This document shows, piece after piece, positions 36,923 to 45,863 of a DNA stretch of 64,000 bases. A program made the position numbers and the translations under genes. The notes beneath the pieces are model-generated. The model was not told where the DNA came from and did no database searches. It worked only from the letters and a program-made list of their open reading frames with translations. The first letter of the stretch is position 1. Each line of letters starts with the position of its first letter. Source of the DNA: a virus. Location of the stretch: positions 1 to 64,000 of IMG/VR virus record IMGVR_UViG_3300027969_003844. One strand, given 5' to 3'.

Positions 36923-37432
36923 TTAATCAATTTGGTTAACAATCACACCGGCTTGCTTTAAAAAGTCAACACCAAGACTGTTACGATAGTTATCACGATA
37001 AAATACTTGTCTAATACCACTTTGGTATATCAGCTTGGCACATTCGATGCAAGGTGAGTGTGTTACAAATAACACTGCATCTTCAGCACTTTCCGGACTG
37101 CGAGCCACCTTGGCAATTGCATTGGCTTCTGCATGAAGAACCTCTGGTTTGGTTTTTAACCCATATCGTACATTACGGCCTGCACCTTCGTGCCATCCTT
37201 CGTAAGGATAATTTTCGTTAAACTCTTCAGGGTCAATCCAACCACCTGCACCAGTATCGTATACTCGATCCTCACAGGTATTATCCCAACCGCTTGGCAT
37301 ACCATTATAACCAATGCTGATAATGCGATCGTCTTTGACAATGATACTACCAACTTGCAATCGAACTGCTGTAGAAAGACTTGCATAGTTCTCAGCAGTC
37401 TTCATATGTGCTTTGATGATTTTTGGTTTCAT
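36923..37432 (-). CDS. dCMP deaminase
   Basis: GYNG, HAEANA, PCIEC. Confidence 0.9.
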   Translation of the reverse strand: MKPKIIKAHMKTAENYASLSTAVRLQVGSIIVKDDRIISIGYNGMPSGWDNTCEDRVYDTGAGGWIDPEEFNENYPYEGWHEGAGRNVRYGLKTKPEVLHAEANAIAKVARSPESAEDAVLFVTHSPCIECAKLIYQSGIRQVFYRDNYRNSLGVDFLKQAGVIVNQID

Positions 37433-37438
37433 GATAGT

Positions 37439-37467
37439 ATTATAGTTGATTGCCTAGCATAAGTCAA
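37439..37467 (-). promoter_or_regulatory. sigma70 promoter TTGACT-N17-TATAAT (leaderless spacing)
   Basis: 6 nt before the ATG. Confidence 0.8.
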
Positions 37468-37479
37468 TTACATGATTGA

Positions 37480-37812
37480 TTAAACAATTACTGATTTTTC
37501 CTTTTTTAATTTATAAAGGCTTGTACCCTTTTCCCTTACTAGATCGGCCACTGCCTGTGGCGTTTCTTCCCAAAGTTTTTTCATTTCTTCATATGCATAG
37601 TCTTCTGCGGTATCATATGCCCATACTTCCGGAAAGCGTTGGTGGTTGGCCTTTGCTCGCAGTATCATCATATTGACATGCTTATTACCCTTCTTGGCTG
37701 GATTCTTGCCCGACAGCACAGCAATCATGTCATCGCTTTTAAGGTCGTCCCAAGGTATAAGTGTATCAACTCCCAACGTATCAAATAATACAATCCATTG
37801 TTTGGCCATCAA
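37480..37812 (-). CDS. hypothetical protein
   Basis: ORF track. Confidence 0.7.
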   Translation of the reverse strand: MMAKQWIVLFDTLGVDTLIPWDDLKSDDMIAVLSGKNPAKKGNKHVNMMILRAKANHQRFPEVWAYDTAEDYAYEEMKKLWEETPQAVADLVREKGTSLYKLKKEKSVIV

Positions 37813-38015
37813 TAATCTCCAGAGTCGGTGCCTTTGAGAATACGTACAGCACGTTCAAGGCCTTCTAGGTTTGGCTCAACATTTCTTAGTAATGTGTTAC
37901 CAGTTCTTTCATTATAAATTGCTAGAGACTTGCCAGACGTATTCTCTAATCCGTCAACCAAAATCAACTGCATGTCGCCGTGACTGACAAGGGTTTGAAA
38001 TTTGTAATCTTTCAT
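37809..38015 (-). CDS. hypothetical protein
   Basis: ORF track, coupled. Confidence 0.6.
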   Translation of the reverse strand: MKDYKFQTLVSHGDMQLILVDGLENTSGKSLAIYNERTGNTLLRNVEPNLEGLERAVRILKGTDSGDY

Positions 38016-38308
38016 TTTACAATCTCCGTACTGTTGGATTCAACAATGATTCCCTTTGAACCTGGAAATCTTTTACCAAAATTATCGTTAAGTTCTTTGA
38101 TGTCTTTGCCCTGACATACAAATTCTTCAGTGACTGCATTATAAGCAATTTGTGAACCATTATGGGGTTCAATCCGTAGAAAAATAAACTTGTTCAGCAT
38201 TTTTTCGAGTAGAGCCTGATATTCCATTGCATTTGCTTGCAAACGAATGTACCAAGCTATTAAAACAAAGAATACAAGCACCACGACAAGAATAAATTCT
38301 ATGGACAA
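38012..38308 (-). CDS. membrane-anchored hypothetical protein
   Basis: N-terminal TM. Confidence 0.6.
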   Translation of the reverse strand: MSIEFILVVVLVFFVLIAWYIRLQANAMEYQALLEKMLNKFIFLRIEPHNGSQIAYNAVTEEFVCQGKDIKELNDNFGKRFPGSKGIIVESNSTEIVK

Positions 38309-38310
38309 GA

Positions 38311-38586
38311 TTATGCAACCTTTACACTAATGACGTTTTCAACACGAAAGCTACGCCATGCTTGCTTATCAGTACACCATACACTCATTACTTCGGGTTT
38401 GAACAATTTTGTCTTATGGTGTTCAGTCACAGCAGGTGGCGGCATTAGACTAGTATCAAGTGTGCATGGCATTTCTCGTTTTGTACCATCTACTTTGGTA
38501 AACTCAATGATACAGGTTTTATTTTTAATTTCATTTAGAATAATAGCACGACGTTGTGTGATATCTTCTGTTGTAAATGTAATCAT
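38311..38586 (-). CDS. WYL_2/SH3-fold phage protein
   Basis: FTKVDGTKREM.CTL...W...KQAWRSFR. Confidence 0.75.
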   Translation of the reverse strand: MITFTTEDITQRRAIILNEIKNKTCIIEFTKVDGTKREMPCTLDTSLMPPPAVTEHHKTKLFKPEVMSVWCTDKQAWRSFRVENVISVKVA

Positions 38587-38900
38587 TATTTGTGCTCCTT
38601 TAAAAGATTACGTAGCATTTCATATTCGTTTCTAGCTTCATCTAGATTTGGATACTTCTTACATAAGTCATCAAGTTCCGCTTCCTCAGCCTTCTTTTTG
38701 TTAATCCAGTTTTTCATTTCTTGTAATTCGACATTAAACGAAATATTAACAGTAGCACCATGAAGATCCTCCGAACGTTCTCCGTTTACAACCTTAAACT
38801 TTTGTTGATTGCCGTCCCAAAAAACTACTCCACTACCATACGGTCCAGGTGCTCCGGTTTGTGAAACTATTAAATCAGCTGATGAAATATATTTTATCAT
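38586..38900 (-). CDS. hypothetical protein
   Basis: ORF track; likely start MIKYI. Confidence 0.6.
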   Translation of the reverse strand: MIKYISSADLIVSQTGAPGPYGSGVVFWDGNQQKFKVVNGERSEDLHGATVNISFNVELQEMKNWINKKKAEEAELDDLCKKYPNLDEARNEYEMLRNLLKEHK

Positions 38901-38904
38901 TTTA

Positions 38905-39462
38905 CTATACAATTCCGAAAAAGTCAAAGTGATTTTGTAAGGTCCAATCAGACATATCTGTAATTGGTTGTCCGTTATATGTGGTAAATTTAGAGTTCAA
39001 TACAGCATACCGACGGAAGAAAAACCAATTGTCTGCATTGGTCGATACCAACCCATTTTCGGTCAGAGTTTTATCGCTGGTTCTTTTTACCAAACAAGTA
39101 GGGGTATTTAGAGCCTGCTTAATTGTAATACGTCCTTCAATCAACAGATCTCTAACCGAGCTGGCAGGGATTACATGTTCAAATGTACTGTCAGCTTCAA
39201 CTACGCCTACTTCTCTGTAGTGGCTACCAATATTGCCTTGAATGGCATACTTGTGGTAACGTCTAACATGATGATCGATGCTATCTCTAATCAGCCGCGC
39301 CCGCATGTCGTCACTGAATACAGTATTACGATACATGTCAACCAAGCGATCAAGTTCGCTGGTAGTAAATTCTTCACACTGACTATATGCATCTGCGTTA
39401 CGTTGTACTCGTTTATAGACTTTTTCGTTAAACGAATCTATTGTTTCTTTAAGCGAGCTCAT
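38905..39462 (-). CDS. putative His-Me/HNH-like nuclease (FEHVIP)
   Basis: EHVIP motif; TAATG coupling to upstream gene. Confidence 0.5.
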   Translation of the reverse strand: MSSLKETIDSFNEKVYKRVQRNADAYSQCEEFTTSELDRLVDMYRNTVFSDDMRARLIRDSIDHHVRRYHKYAIQGNIGSHYREVGVVEADSTFEHVIPASSVRDLLIEGRITIKQALNTPTCLVKRTSDKTLTENGLVSTNADNWFFFRRYAVLNSKFTTYNGQPITDMSDWTLQNHFDFFGIV

Positions 39463-40628
39463 TAATACAAATCCTTTACAGCAGGAATAAATGAGGTCGA
39501 GTTCTGCATCGGTGGCATACGTCCGCCCCAAGTTTTGTCAAGCTGATGCCAAAGGAATGTGCCACCAGTGTTCCAATTCTTGGCCATGCTAACTCGGGTA
39601 GGTCGATGACTCTTTGGCACCTTTGCATAATAGCTGGTGTGCCAATTTTGGTATGCTGTACGTACTTGTTCCCAGAATGGACTAGACTGATGAAAGTCTG
39701 CATCAAACAACTTGTGCAAATGATTGCCCAGATCAATGACTTCTTCGTCGGTATAATCAATTCCGTTCTTACGTGCAAGGTCAAACCAGGCACATAGAAT
39801 CTCAATTTCTTGACTATCAACAGGACGCGGAGCAGGGTAGGTTGTAGTGTATAAGCAAAACTTGGCAATGACATCTGAAGTATAGCCATCAATTTCTTGC
39901 ATACGACTGATAGCACCCGGTTCATGTGTGTTACCAAATTTTTCTGCTGTCACAAACAGATCAGCTGATGCAAGGTACTGTTGTTTAAGTTCTGCATCAA
40001 CCCACGTTGGGTCAGTACTACCATCCATACGTACACCTTGCACCATTTGCATAAACAGATCAATTGTTTCCAGTAGTTTCTTTCCGCTTTTACTGTTGCC
40101 TTCAACAAAGTTTTTACGAACATCAGCTTTGTTCTTGACCTTGTAAATTACACTGGGCACTTGCACAGTAGCAGGATCCTGTTTGTAAATCATCACAGCA
40201 ATGATCCAATACACAATTGCAGTGTGTTGAGCATCCCAGCTGGCAAAAATTGTGCCTGGGCGATGAATACTTGCCAAGTCGCCACCTTCGGTAACTTGAT
40301 ACAATTTGATTGGGTCTGCTTGAACTGCACGAAAGTTCTTTAGGATGGTTGCCACCCAAACTAAATCTAGCAGGCGTTGGATTGTGATATCAATAAAGAT
40401 ATCTGCCATTGGCGTCTTACACGCTTCGGCCAGTTCAAGGTCTTCAAAGCGGGTAATGTGTGGATGATTCTTTTGAAACTCTTTGATTGAGTTTGCAATT
40501 GTAGCTCGGATGCCCTTTTGTTTAATAACAGGGAGGTTTGATATAGTATCGTTGAACCGTTGACCCAGATCTAGAAACTTAGATCCTGTATGATTATAAC
40601 GTGCGTTTTGTGTTGCCGCATATGACAT
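39462..40628 (-). CDS. ParB/Srx-like (DGQHR-type) protein
   Basis: DITIQR.LD and WDAQHT motifs. Confidence 0.55.
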   Translation of the reverse strand: MSYAATQNARYNHTGSKFLDLGQRFNDTISNLPVIKQKGIRATIANSIKEFQKNHPHITRFEDLELAEACKTPMADIFIDITIQRLLDLVWVATILKNFRAVQADPIKLYQVTEGGDLASIHRPGTIFASWDAQHTAIVYWIIAVMIYKQDPATVQVPSVIYKVKNKADVRKNFVEGNSKSGKKLLETIDLFMQMVQGVRMDGSTDPTWVDAELKQQYLASADLFVTAEKFGNTHEPGAISRMQEIDGYTSDVIAKFCLYTTTYPAPRPVDSQEIEILCAWFDLARKNGIDYTDEEVIDLGNHLHKLFDADFHQSSPFWEQVRTAYQNWHTSYYAKVPKSHRPTRVSMAKNWNTGGTFLWHQLDKTWGGRMPPMQNSTSFIPAVKDLY

Positions 40629-40684
40629 ATATTTCCTTAAATTTTTATTGCTAATAGTTTCAGGTCTATTAGCAATTTAGTTAC

Positions 40685-40713
40685 ATTGTAAAACTTTTTG
40701 ACTTAGGCGTCAA
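40685..40713 (-). promoter_or_regulatory. sigma70 promoter TTGACG-N17-TACAAT, followed by an 11-bp inverted repeat (40647-40676)
   Basis: direct reading. Confidence 0.75.
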
Positions 40714-40737
40714 CCTCACCAAGAATGACTGTTTACT

Positions 40738-40896
40738 TTAAAGGGCGCCCAAATAAGGACTATAAACTTCTTCTTGCTCAGGAGCAAACCAAGACTTTAT
40801 TGCTTGTTCAAGTGGCTCAAAGTTGTAAGAAACAGCCTTGGGACGAATTACCTGACGGCTGTCGTGTTCAATGTTTTTTTCGCGATTGGTTTTCAT
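40738..40896 (-). CDS. small protein (not in ORF track)
   Basis: 52-aa ORF filling the gap. Confidence 0.45.
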   Translation of the reverse strand: MKTNREKNIEHDSRQVIRPKAVSYNFEPLEQAIKSWFAPEQEEVYSPYLGAL

Positions 40897-40907
40897 AATA
40901 GTCTTTC

Positions 40908-41090
40908 TTAAAGTGATTTGATATGATTGATAACGGTGATTGCTTCTTTATAATCAGAATCTTCAAGCATCTGATTTTCATTTAGTTCTGTTATCATTTT
41001 TCTTGCAAGTACTTGCAACTCAAAATTTGACAGTGGATAAGCCTGTGTCCAACGAATTTTATATCCGTTGAGGTGATCTTTATTTTCCAT
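40908..41090 (-). CDS. hypothetical protein
   Basis: ORF track. Confidence 0.55.
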   Translation of the reverse strand: MENKDHLNGYKIRWTQAYPLSNFELQVLARKMITELNENQMLEDSDYKEAITVINHIKSL

Positions 41091-41093
41091 GAA

Positions 41094-41252
41094 TTAAGCC
41101 ATTTCGCTCAACTGGTCATTGACGCCCATGTTCTTAAAAGCATCAAGTACAAATGTAACTGGTACATTCAATTGCTTGGCGATTTCATTGGCACTAAGAC
41201 CTTCAATAAAAAGTTCCTGGATGTCGTAATCCAATTCTGCCATTTTACTCAT
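41094..41252 (-). CDS. small HTH-like protein (not in ORF track)
   Basis: EGLSANEIAKQLNVPV. Confidence 0.55.
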   Translation of the reverse strand: MSKMAELDYDIQELFIEGLSANEIAKQLNVPVTFVLDAFKNMGVNDQLSEMA

Positions 41253-41485
41253 TTTGTTTCCGTTTCAAGTTGTTGAATTTGAGCTTCTAAAAGATTAGCA
41301 TGAGCATTGCATAGCCCTGCTATCACTTTCATGATGCGTTGACGAGTTTGCAAATCAGTAGTCTGATATTGCGTTAGTCCATTGTTAATCATCTTAACCA
41401 GTTCATTTATGTTAGCATGACAACCGGTAGTACAATCATTGAGTTTGTCATTGGCTGCCTGCTGTTTGCTACGGTATCCACTCAT
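41249..41485 (-). CDS. hypothetical protein
   Basis: start MSGYRSK with AAGGA RBS. Confidence 0.55.
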   Translation of the reverse strand: MSGYRSKQQAANDKLNDCTTGCHANINELVKMINNGLTQYQTTDLQTRQRIMKVIAGLCNAHANLLEAQIQQLETETK

Positions 41486-41946
41486 ACTGTTTCCTTTAAT
41501 GCGGCCAATGCTTCTTTCAATGAAACCAACTTGTTGCCTTTGTATGGCGAGCCAACAAACCATTCGCCGTCACGCATGATATAATAGTATTCGGCATCAC
41601 ACGCATCTACGCGATCAAGAAAGTCTGCAAAGGAATGATCTACCTTAAATTCTACATTTTTCTCACCGCGGTCACGACCGTAGAAGGTAGTCATCTTGCC
41701 GTACTTTTCGGCATACTCGCTAGTAGAGATACTTGGAGTAATATCAAATTGGCTGAATGGATGCTCTTCGCCGATCTGTTCTTTGAGACTAGAGATATCA
41801 CCAAGTGCAACCAAATGATTGGCCTTAGAAGAATCATAGTGCTCTTGCAGGATCTTGCCATTATGCTCGAGATAACCGTCCCAATGACAATAAACACTTT
41901 TACAAACTGTACCATGCATAACTGCGATGCGACTACGAGTACCCAT
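41482..41946 (-). CDS. conserved-type early phage protein (MGTRS...YCHWDGY)
   Basis: AGGAG RBS, promoter upstream. Confidence 0.75.
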   Translation of the reverse strand: MGTRSRIAVMHGTVCKSVYCHWDGYLEHNGKILQEHYDSSKANHLVALGDISSLKEQIGEEHPFSQFDITPSISTSEYAEKYGKMTTFYGRDRGEKNVEFKVDHSFADFLDRVDACDAEYYYIMRDGEWFVGSPYKGNKLVSLKEALAALKETV

Positions 41947-41978
41947 TTTAAACTCCTGTTTTGTTTGCGTATGTATGT

Positions 41979-42042
41979 ATTATAGCACCGAACCAATAAC
42001 TCGTCAACCTGACGGGTTATTAAGTGTTGTTTTTATGCCACA
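41979..42042 (-). promoter_or_regulatory. sigma70 promoter TTGACG-N17-TATAAT (41979-42007) plus palindrome variant TGTTGTTTTTATGCCACA (42025-42042)
   Basis: direct reading. Confidence 0.8.
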
Positions 42043-42314
42043 ACTTCTAGCATGTTGGCAGGGACATTAAACAACCCGAGACCAGTACGAACAAGAACAA
42101 ACTTGGTTTTAATCTTGTCAACTGTGCCGGTGTACGTGGTACCGTTGCGGTTGCTAGTAAACTTAACGGTACATCCATTTCGTAGTTGGCGTTTGGTTGA
42201 CTTTGCGAGTTGAGTGCGAGCAACTTGTACCGCTGAAAGTATGCTACTCAATTGCTCGTTTGTAAAAGTTTGCGTCATGATTGCGTAATTGATGTCTTGG
42301 ATAGATAGACTCAT
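42033..42314 (-). CDS. small protein with SH3/KOW-like C-terminus
   Basis: G.TVKF...GTV.KI..K.VLV. Confidence 0.65.
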   Translation of the reverse strand: MSLSIQDINYAIMTQTFTNEQLSSILSAVQVARTQLAKSTKRQLRNGCTVKFTSNRNGTTYTGTVDKIKTKFVLVRTGLGLFNVPANMLEVVA

Positions 42315-42325
42315 TTTGGTTCTCC

Positions 42326-42598
42326 TTAAACTAAATCAACTTGAATTTGTTTGCCACGAATCGTAGTACCAAGTCCAGTGGGCATTGGCCTGCGAAGTGC
42401 TTTAGCAAGACCTCGATCAACTGCTAGCAGGTTCATAGCATCATAGCAAAGGCTACGAGCGTTGACTGTAGCAAACTGCTCGCTCATTTGCTTGATTGTA
42501 AGGTACATACCAATGTCATTTTCACTGCCATCGCCCTTGAAAATGACACGGAATTTTTGGCTGTTTTTGAAGCCGTCAACGATAGTTGGTGTACGCAT
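42326..42598 (-). CDS. hypothetical early protein
   Basis: RBS, promoter. Confidence 0.7.
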   Translation of the reverse strand: MRTPTIVDGFKNSQKFRVIFKGDGSENDIGMYLTIKQMSEQFATVNARSLCYDAMNLLAVDRGLAKALRRPMPTGLGTTIRGKQIQVDLV

Positions 42599-42629
42599 TT
42601 CAAAGTCCTTTTTGTTTCGCTATGTATGT

Positions 42630-42715
42630 ATTATAAAGCAAAGCAGGTCCAGAGTCAACCGTTTTTTGGCAAATTCTCAGATATTTTTGGTGATTTTTGT
42701 TGTTTTTTAACAACA
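42630..42715 (-). promoter_or_regulatory. sigma70 promoter TTGACT-N17-TATAAT (42630-42658) plus palindrome TGTTGTTTTTTAACAACA (42698-42715)
   Basis: direct reading. Confidence 0.85.
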
Positions 42716-42725
42716 ATCTCCAAAT

Positions 42726-43004
42726 TTATGCAGTTTTACTGACTTTAATGTCTTGGATCTTGAGAATTTGATGTTTTACAGTAGTCTTGACTGTCTTTTT
42801 ATTAAATTCGCCGTTAATGTAGTATTTTACCAGCTTGCTTTTAATATGGTATACTACATCAAAACTTCCATCATCAATGGCCCATTGATAGGGACAATTC
42901 TTCCAACTGTTGGTACGTTCAAACTCGTAAAAATATTTACGGTGATCACTGTTTGATGGATCAAACACTCGGACGGGTCTAAGTAAAGCATTAATAGTCA
43001 TCAT
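42726..43004 (-). CDS. hypothetical protein
   Basis: ORF track, RBS. Confidence 0.65.
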   Translation of the reverse strand: MMTINALLRPVRVFDPSNSDHRKYFYEFERTNSWKNCPYQWAIDDGSFDVVYHIKSKLVKYYINGEFNKKTVKTTVKHQILKIQDIKVSKTA

Positions 43005-43019
43005 AAGAATTTTCCTTCT

Positions 43020-43220
43020 TTAATTGTAATTACTGTAATCGGGGTAATTAAAAAATTGCTCTATAAAATTGCTAATGTTTCCATACACTATGGCTTCCAG
43101 GTGTGCTTGTTGTTCTTCACTAAGTGATACATTATTATCAATTTCTTCGTGTAAAGTCAACAACCATGAATTAATTAAATCCATGTGTACCTGTTCAAAT
43201 GCAATTTTATTCTTGCTCAT
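43020..43220 (-). CDS. small protein (MSKNKIAF...), probably leaderless
   Basis: TTGACA-N17-TATAAT at 43227-43255, 6 nt before the ATG. Confidence 0.6.
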   Translation of the reverse strand: MSKNKIAFEQVHMDLINSWLLTLHEEIDNNVSLSEEQQAHLEAIVYGNISNFIEQFFNYPDYSNYN

Positions 43221-43287
43221 AAGGCTATTATAGCGTATACTAGTGAACTTGTCAACGATAAGTAATATACAATAATATTGTGATCCT

Positions 43288-43851
43288 ATGTTATCAAATT
43301 CTGAATATCCTGCCCTTTTATTAAATGCCGATTGGCAGCCGGTCCATATGCATCCATTGAGCACAATTACATGGCAAGATGCAGTCAAAGCAGTTTATAT
43401 GGACCGAGTAACTGTAGTCGAAGAATATGATATTGAGGTACATAGTGCCACAAGAGCCTGGCGCTTGCCATCTGTTGTGGCTCTTAAAGAATATGTTCGA
43501 CGAGACCAAACTCCTACATTTAGTCGTTACAATGTTTACCTGCGTGATGAATTTAATTGCCAATACTGCGGCAAAAGATTTGAAACACGATTATTGACAT
43601 TTGACCACGTTATTCCACGTGCTCATGGTGGCCGTAGCTCATGGCAAAATGTGGTGGCGGCATGCAGTCCTTGTAATCACAAGAAAGGTTCATTGCTTCC
43701 CAAAGAAGCAAATATGTTTCCTATTAATACTCCTTGTGAGCCTACAATGTGGGACTTATACGGTAAGGGTAGAAAACTTCCCAGCAAGTTTACTAACCTG
43801 CACGACACTTGGAGAGACTACTTGTATTGGGATAGTGAACTAGAAGCTTAA
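43288..43851 (+). CDS. HNH endonuclease
   Basis: RD...CQYCG, TFDHVIPR..GG, NVVAACSPCN..KG. Confidence 0.9.
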   Translation: MLSNSEYPALLLNADWQPVHMHPLSTITWQDAVKAVYMDRVTVVEEYDIEVHSATRAWRLPSVVALKEYVRRDQTPTFSRYNVYLRDEFNCQYCGKRFETRLLTFDHVIPRAHGGRSSWQNVVAACSPCNHKKGSLLPKEANMFPINTPCEPTMWDLYGKGRKLPSKFTNLHDTWRDYLYWDSELEA

Positions 43852-44090
43852 GAAGTAAGTTTCTTGATCATTAGTTCTTCGGCATTTTGTCGAGATGACT
43901 CTGCCTTTGCTTCTATTAATAAAGGCAGAGTCGCTTTTATTACTGCCAAGACATATCTTTCGCCGTCTGATTTTAACTCAGAAAACATAGGACTGTTGAT
44001 GTTTATATAGGTCAGATTGGGGTCATTTAATAATTCATTCAACGACCCCATAATAATCTTAGTTACTATTGCAGTCTTATCTACGGACAT
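43848..44090 (-). CDS. hypothetical protein
   Basis: ORF track. Confidence 0.6.
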   Translation of the reverse strand: MSVDKTAIVTKIIMGSLNELLNDPNLTYININSPMFSELKSDGERYVLAVIKATLPLLIEAKAESSRQNAEELMIKKLTS

Positions 44091-44091
44091 G

Positions 44092-44700
44092 TTACCTGAC
44101 TAACCATTCGCTTAATGATACACCATTAAGCATTTCTGATACTGCATTGAGTCGTATCCAACGTGGATTGGTTGCACAGTTATCTCGCATGACCACACGA
44201 CCCAATAGTACAACCATGCCCCATTCATTTCTTTCCCACCGCGGCAAATACGGATCAATATGTTTGCCAGGATTTTTATATTCCTCGCTTAGTATCTCTC
44301 TCATCAATGGATGACCATTGGTTGGATGAATATTATGATATACTGCGTCAGGTGCTGGAACAATACCTTCAGGAATACGGTCCGCTTCGTACCAGTGTCG
44401 GAAGCCCTTGTCAATCCATTCAACCATTACTTGCTTTTCCCAAAGTAATCTATTCATTGGATCGCGAAGATGTTTACCATGCCATTCTCCTGGAGAACCA
44501 TTGGTGATAATTGCTGTAGAAGTATTGTCTCCGGCAACTACACCAATTATATCTTCATCTTGGTTAACAAGATGTGGCGAGTTACCTTGTATATAAATTT
44601 TTCCTCGATAAAGGACTACTGGCAATCCTGCTCGGTCTTCATTACTGGGGTTTCCATCACCCCATTCAAACATTTCTGCATAACCTGATGGTGCGCTCAT
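44092..44700 (-). CDS. stand-alone Peptidase_G2-like intramolecular chaperone domain
   Basis: YAEMFEW.DGN...EDR.G, IIGVV, Y.PR.ER.EW..V.LLG. Confidence 0.75.
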   Translation of the reverse strand: MSAPSGYAEMFEWGDGNPSNEDRAGLPVVLYRGKIYIQGNSPHLVNQDEDIIGVVAGDNTSTAIITNGSPGEWHGKHLRDPMNRLLWEKQVMVEWIDKGFRHWYEADRIPEGIVPAPDAVYHNIHPTNGHPLMREILSEEYKNPGKHIDPYLPRWERNEWGMVVLLGRVVMRDNCATNPRWIRLNAVSEMLNGVSLSEWLVR

Positions 44701-45254
44701 TTTTCTATTAGTTCCACATTTAATTCAGCCAAAACTTTTCTATAAAGTTGTTCACCGGCAGCAACTGAGCGTTGCCAATGATCTGGTGCATCCTTATCGG
44801 CTGCGTCACTGATGTATTTCCAGACTTCACATTCTACGTTGAGTATTTTACAAGCTTTGGCCACGCTATATGCTTCCATTTCAACAATGTCGCAGTTAAC
44901 TCTGAGTTTGCCAGGCTCTGTTACAAACAAGTCTCCACTGGCACAAGTTTTGCCTTCTCCTGCAAATGTAATTGTAGAAAGACTATCTTTAAGATGCTGA
45001 CCTGGTGCCAATCCCATTGCCATTAAATTCACATCATGTTGCACAATTTTGTTGATTCTGTGAATGCCAGCAGTGACACGAATGCCACCAGCAGTTCCTA
45101 GATTAATAACACGTCGTGGATTATAGTAACTGATTAGTCTTGCTGTGCCAATGGCAGCATTGACTTTACCCACACTAATTTCAAAAACATTTTTATAGTT
45201 TTCAAATAGACCAGGTGCTTCGTCGCGCAATGCAAATAAAATTAGATCATTCAT
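44697..45254 (-). CDS. MTA/SAH nucleosidase-like (PNP_UDP_1)
   Basis: VGKVNAA, NLGTAG, SGD.FV, VEMEA, KYISD.A. Confidence 0.85.
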   Translation of the reverse strand: MNDLILFALRDEAPGLFENYKNVFEISVGKVNAAIGTARLISYYNPRRVINLGTAGGIRVTAGIHRINKIVQHDVNLMAMGLAPGQHLKDSLSTITFAGEGKTCASGDLFVTEPGKLRVNCDIVEMEAYSVAKACKILNVECEVWKYISDAADKDAPDHWQRSVAAGEQLYRKVLAELNVELIEK

Positions 45255-45807
45255 TTATCATCCCTATGATATTAACGCCAAGGTCTCTTAGCTTTTGTTC
45301 ACCGCCCAATGGTACAATGTTAACAAGAACAGCAACTGTCATTGATGCATACTCAATGCCAAGGTTGTTGTGTAATAATTTGCAAATCGCTTCAGCGGTG
45401 CCACCTGTTGCTAGAACATCATCTACAATCATTACTGGTCTGTTACCAGCAGGCACAGATGACATTAACTCCAACGTGTCAGTGCCGTACTCGAGTTCAT
45501 AAGTTTGCTTCCATGTATCGCCAGGCAACTTCCCAGGCTTACGTACAGTGTGCATGGGAATCATTAAACGATTTGCAAGAACCGAGCCCCATATGAATCC
45601 ACGGGCATCAGCCGCGAATACATCATTGATTTTTTTAATACCAGCATGGAAAGAAAACCACCTGACGCTGTTATTAAAGCCCACAGGGTTAGCACATAAC
45701 TCTACAGTATTGAGATAGTTGATGCCTGGTTTTGGCCAGTCTGGGTAAACTGGAATGCTTGCACGAACAGCTTCGGCAAGTAACGGGTTGAAGAGTGTAT
45801 TGTCCAT
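45247..45807 (-). CDS. apt: adenine phosphoribosyltransferase
   Basis: PDWPKPGI, ARGFI, RKPGKLPG, YELEYG, VDDVLATGGT. Confidence 0.9.
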   Translation of the reverse strand: MDNTLFNPLLAEAVRASIPVYPDWPKPGINYLNTVELCANPVGFNNSVRWFSFHAGIKKINDVFAADARGFIWGSVLANRLMIPMHTVRKPGKLPGDTWKQTYELEYGTDTLELMSSVPAGNRPVMIVDDVLATGGTAEAICKLLHNNLGIEYASMTVAVLVNIVPLGGEQKLRDLGVNIIGMINE

Positions 45808-45863
45808 ACACTTAATTATCTTGACTAACAATGCAATGTTAATCAAAATATATAACTGAAAAA

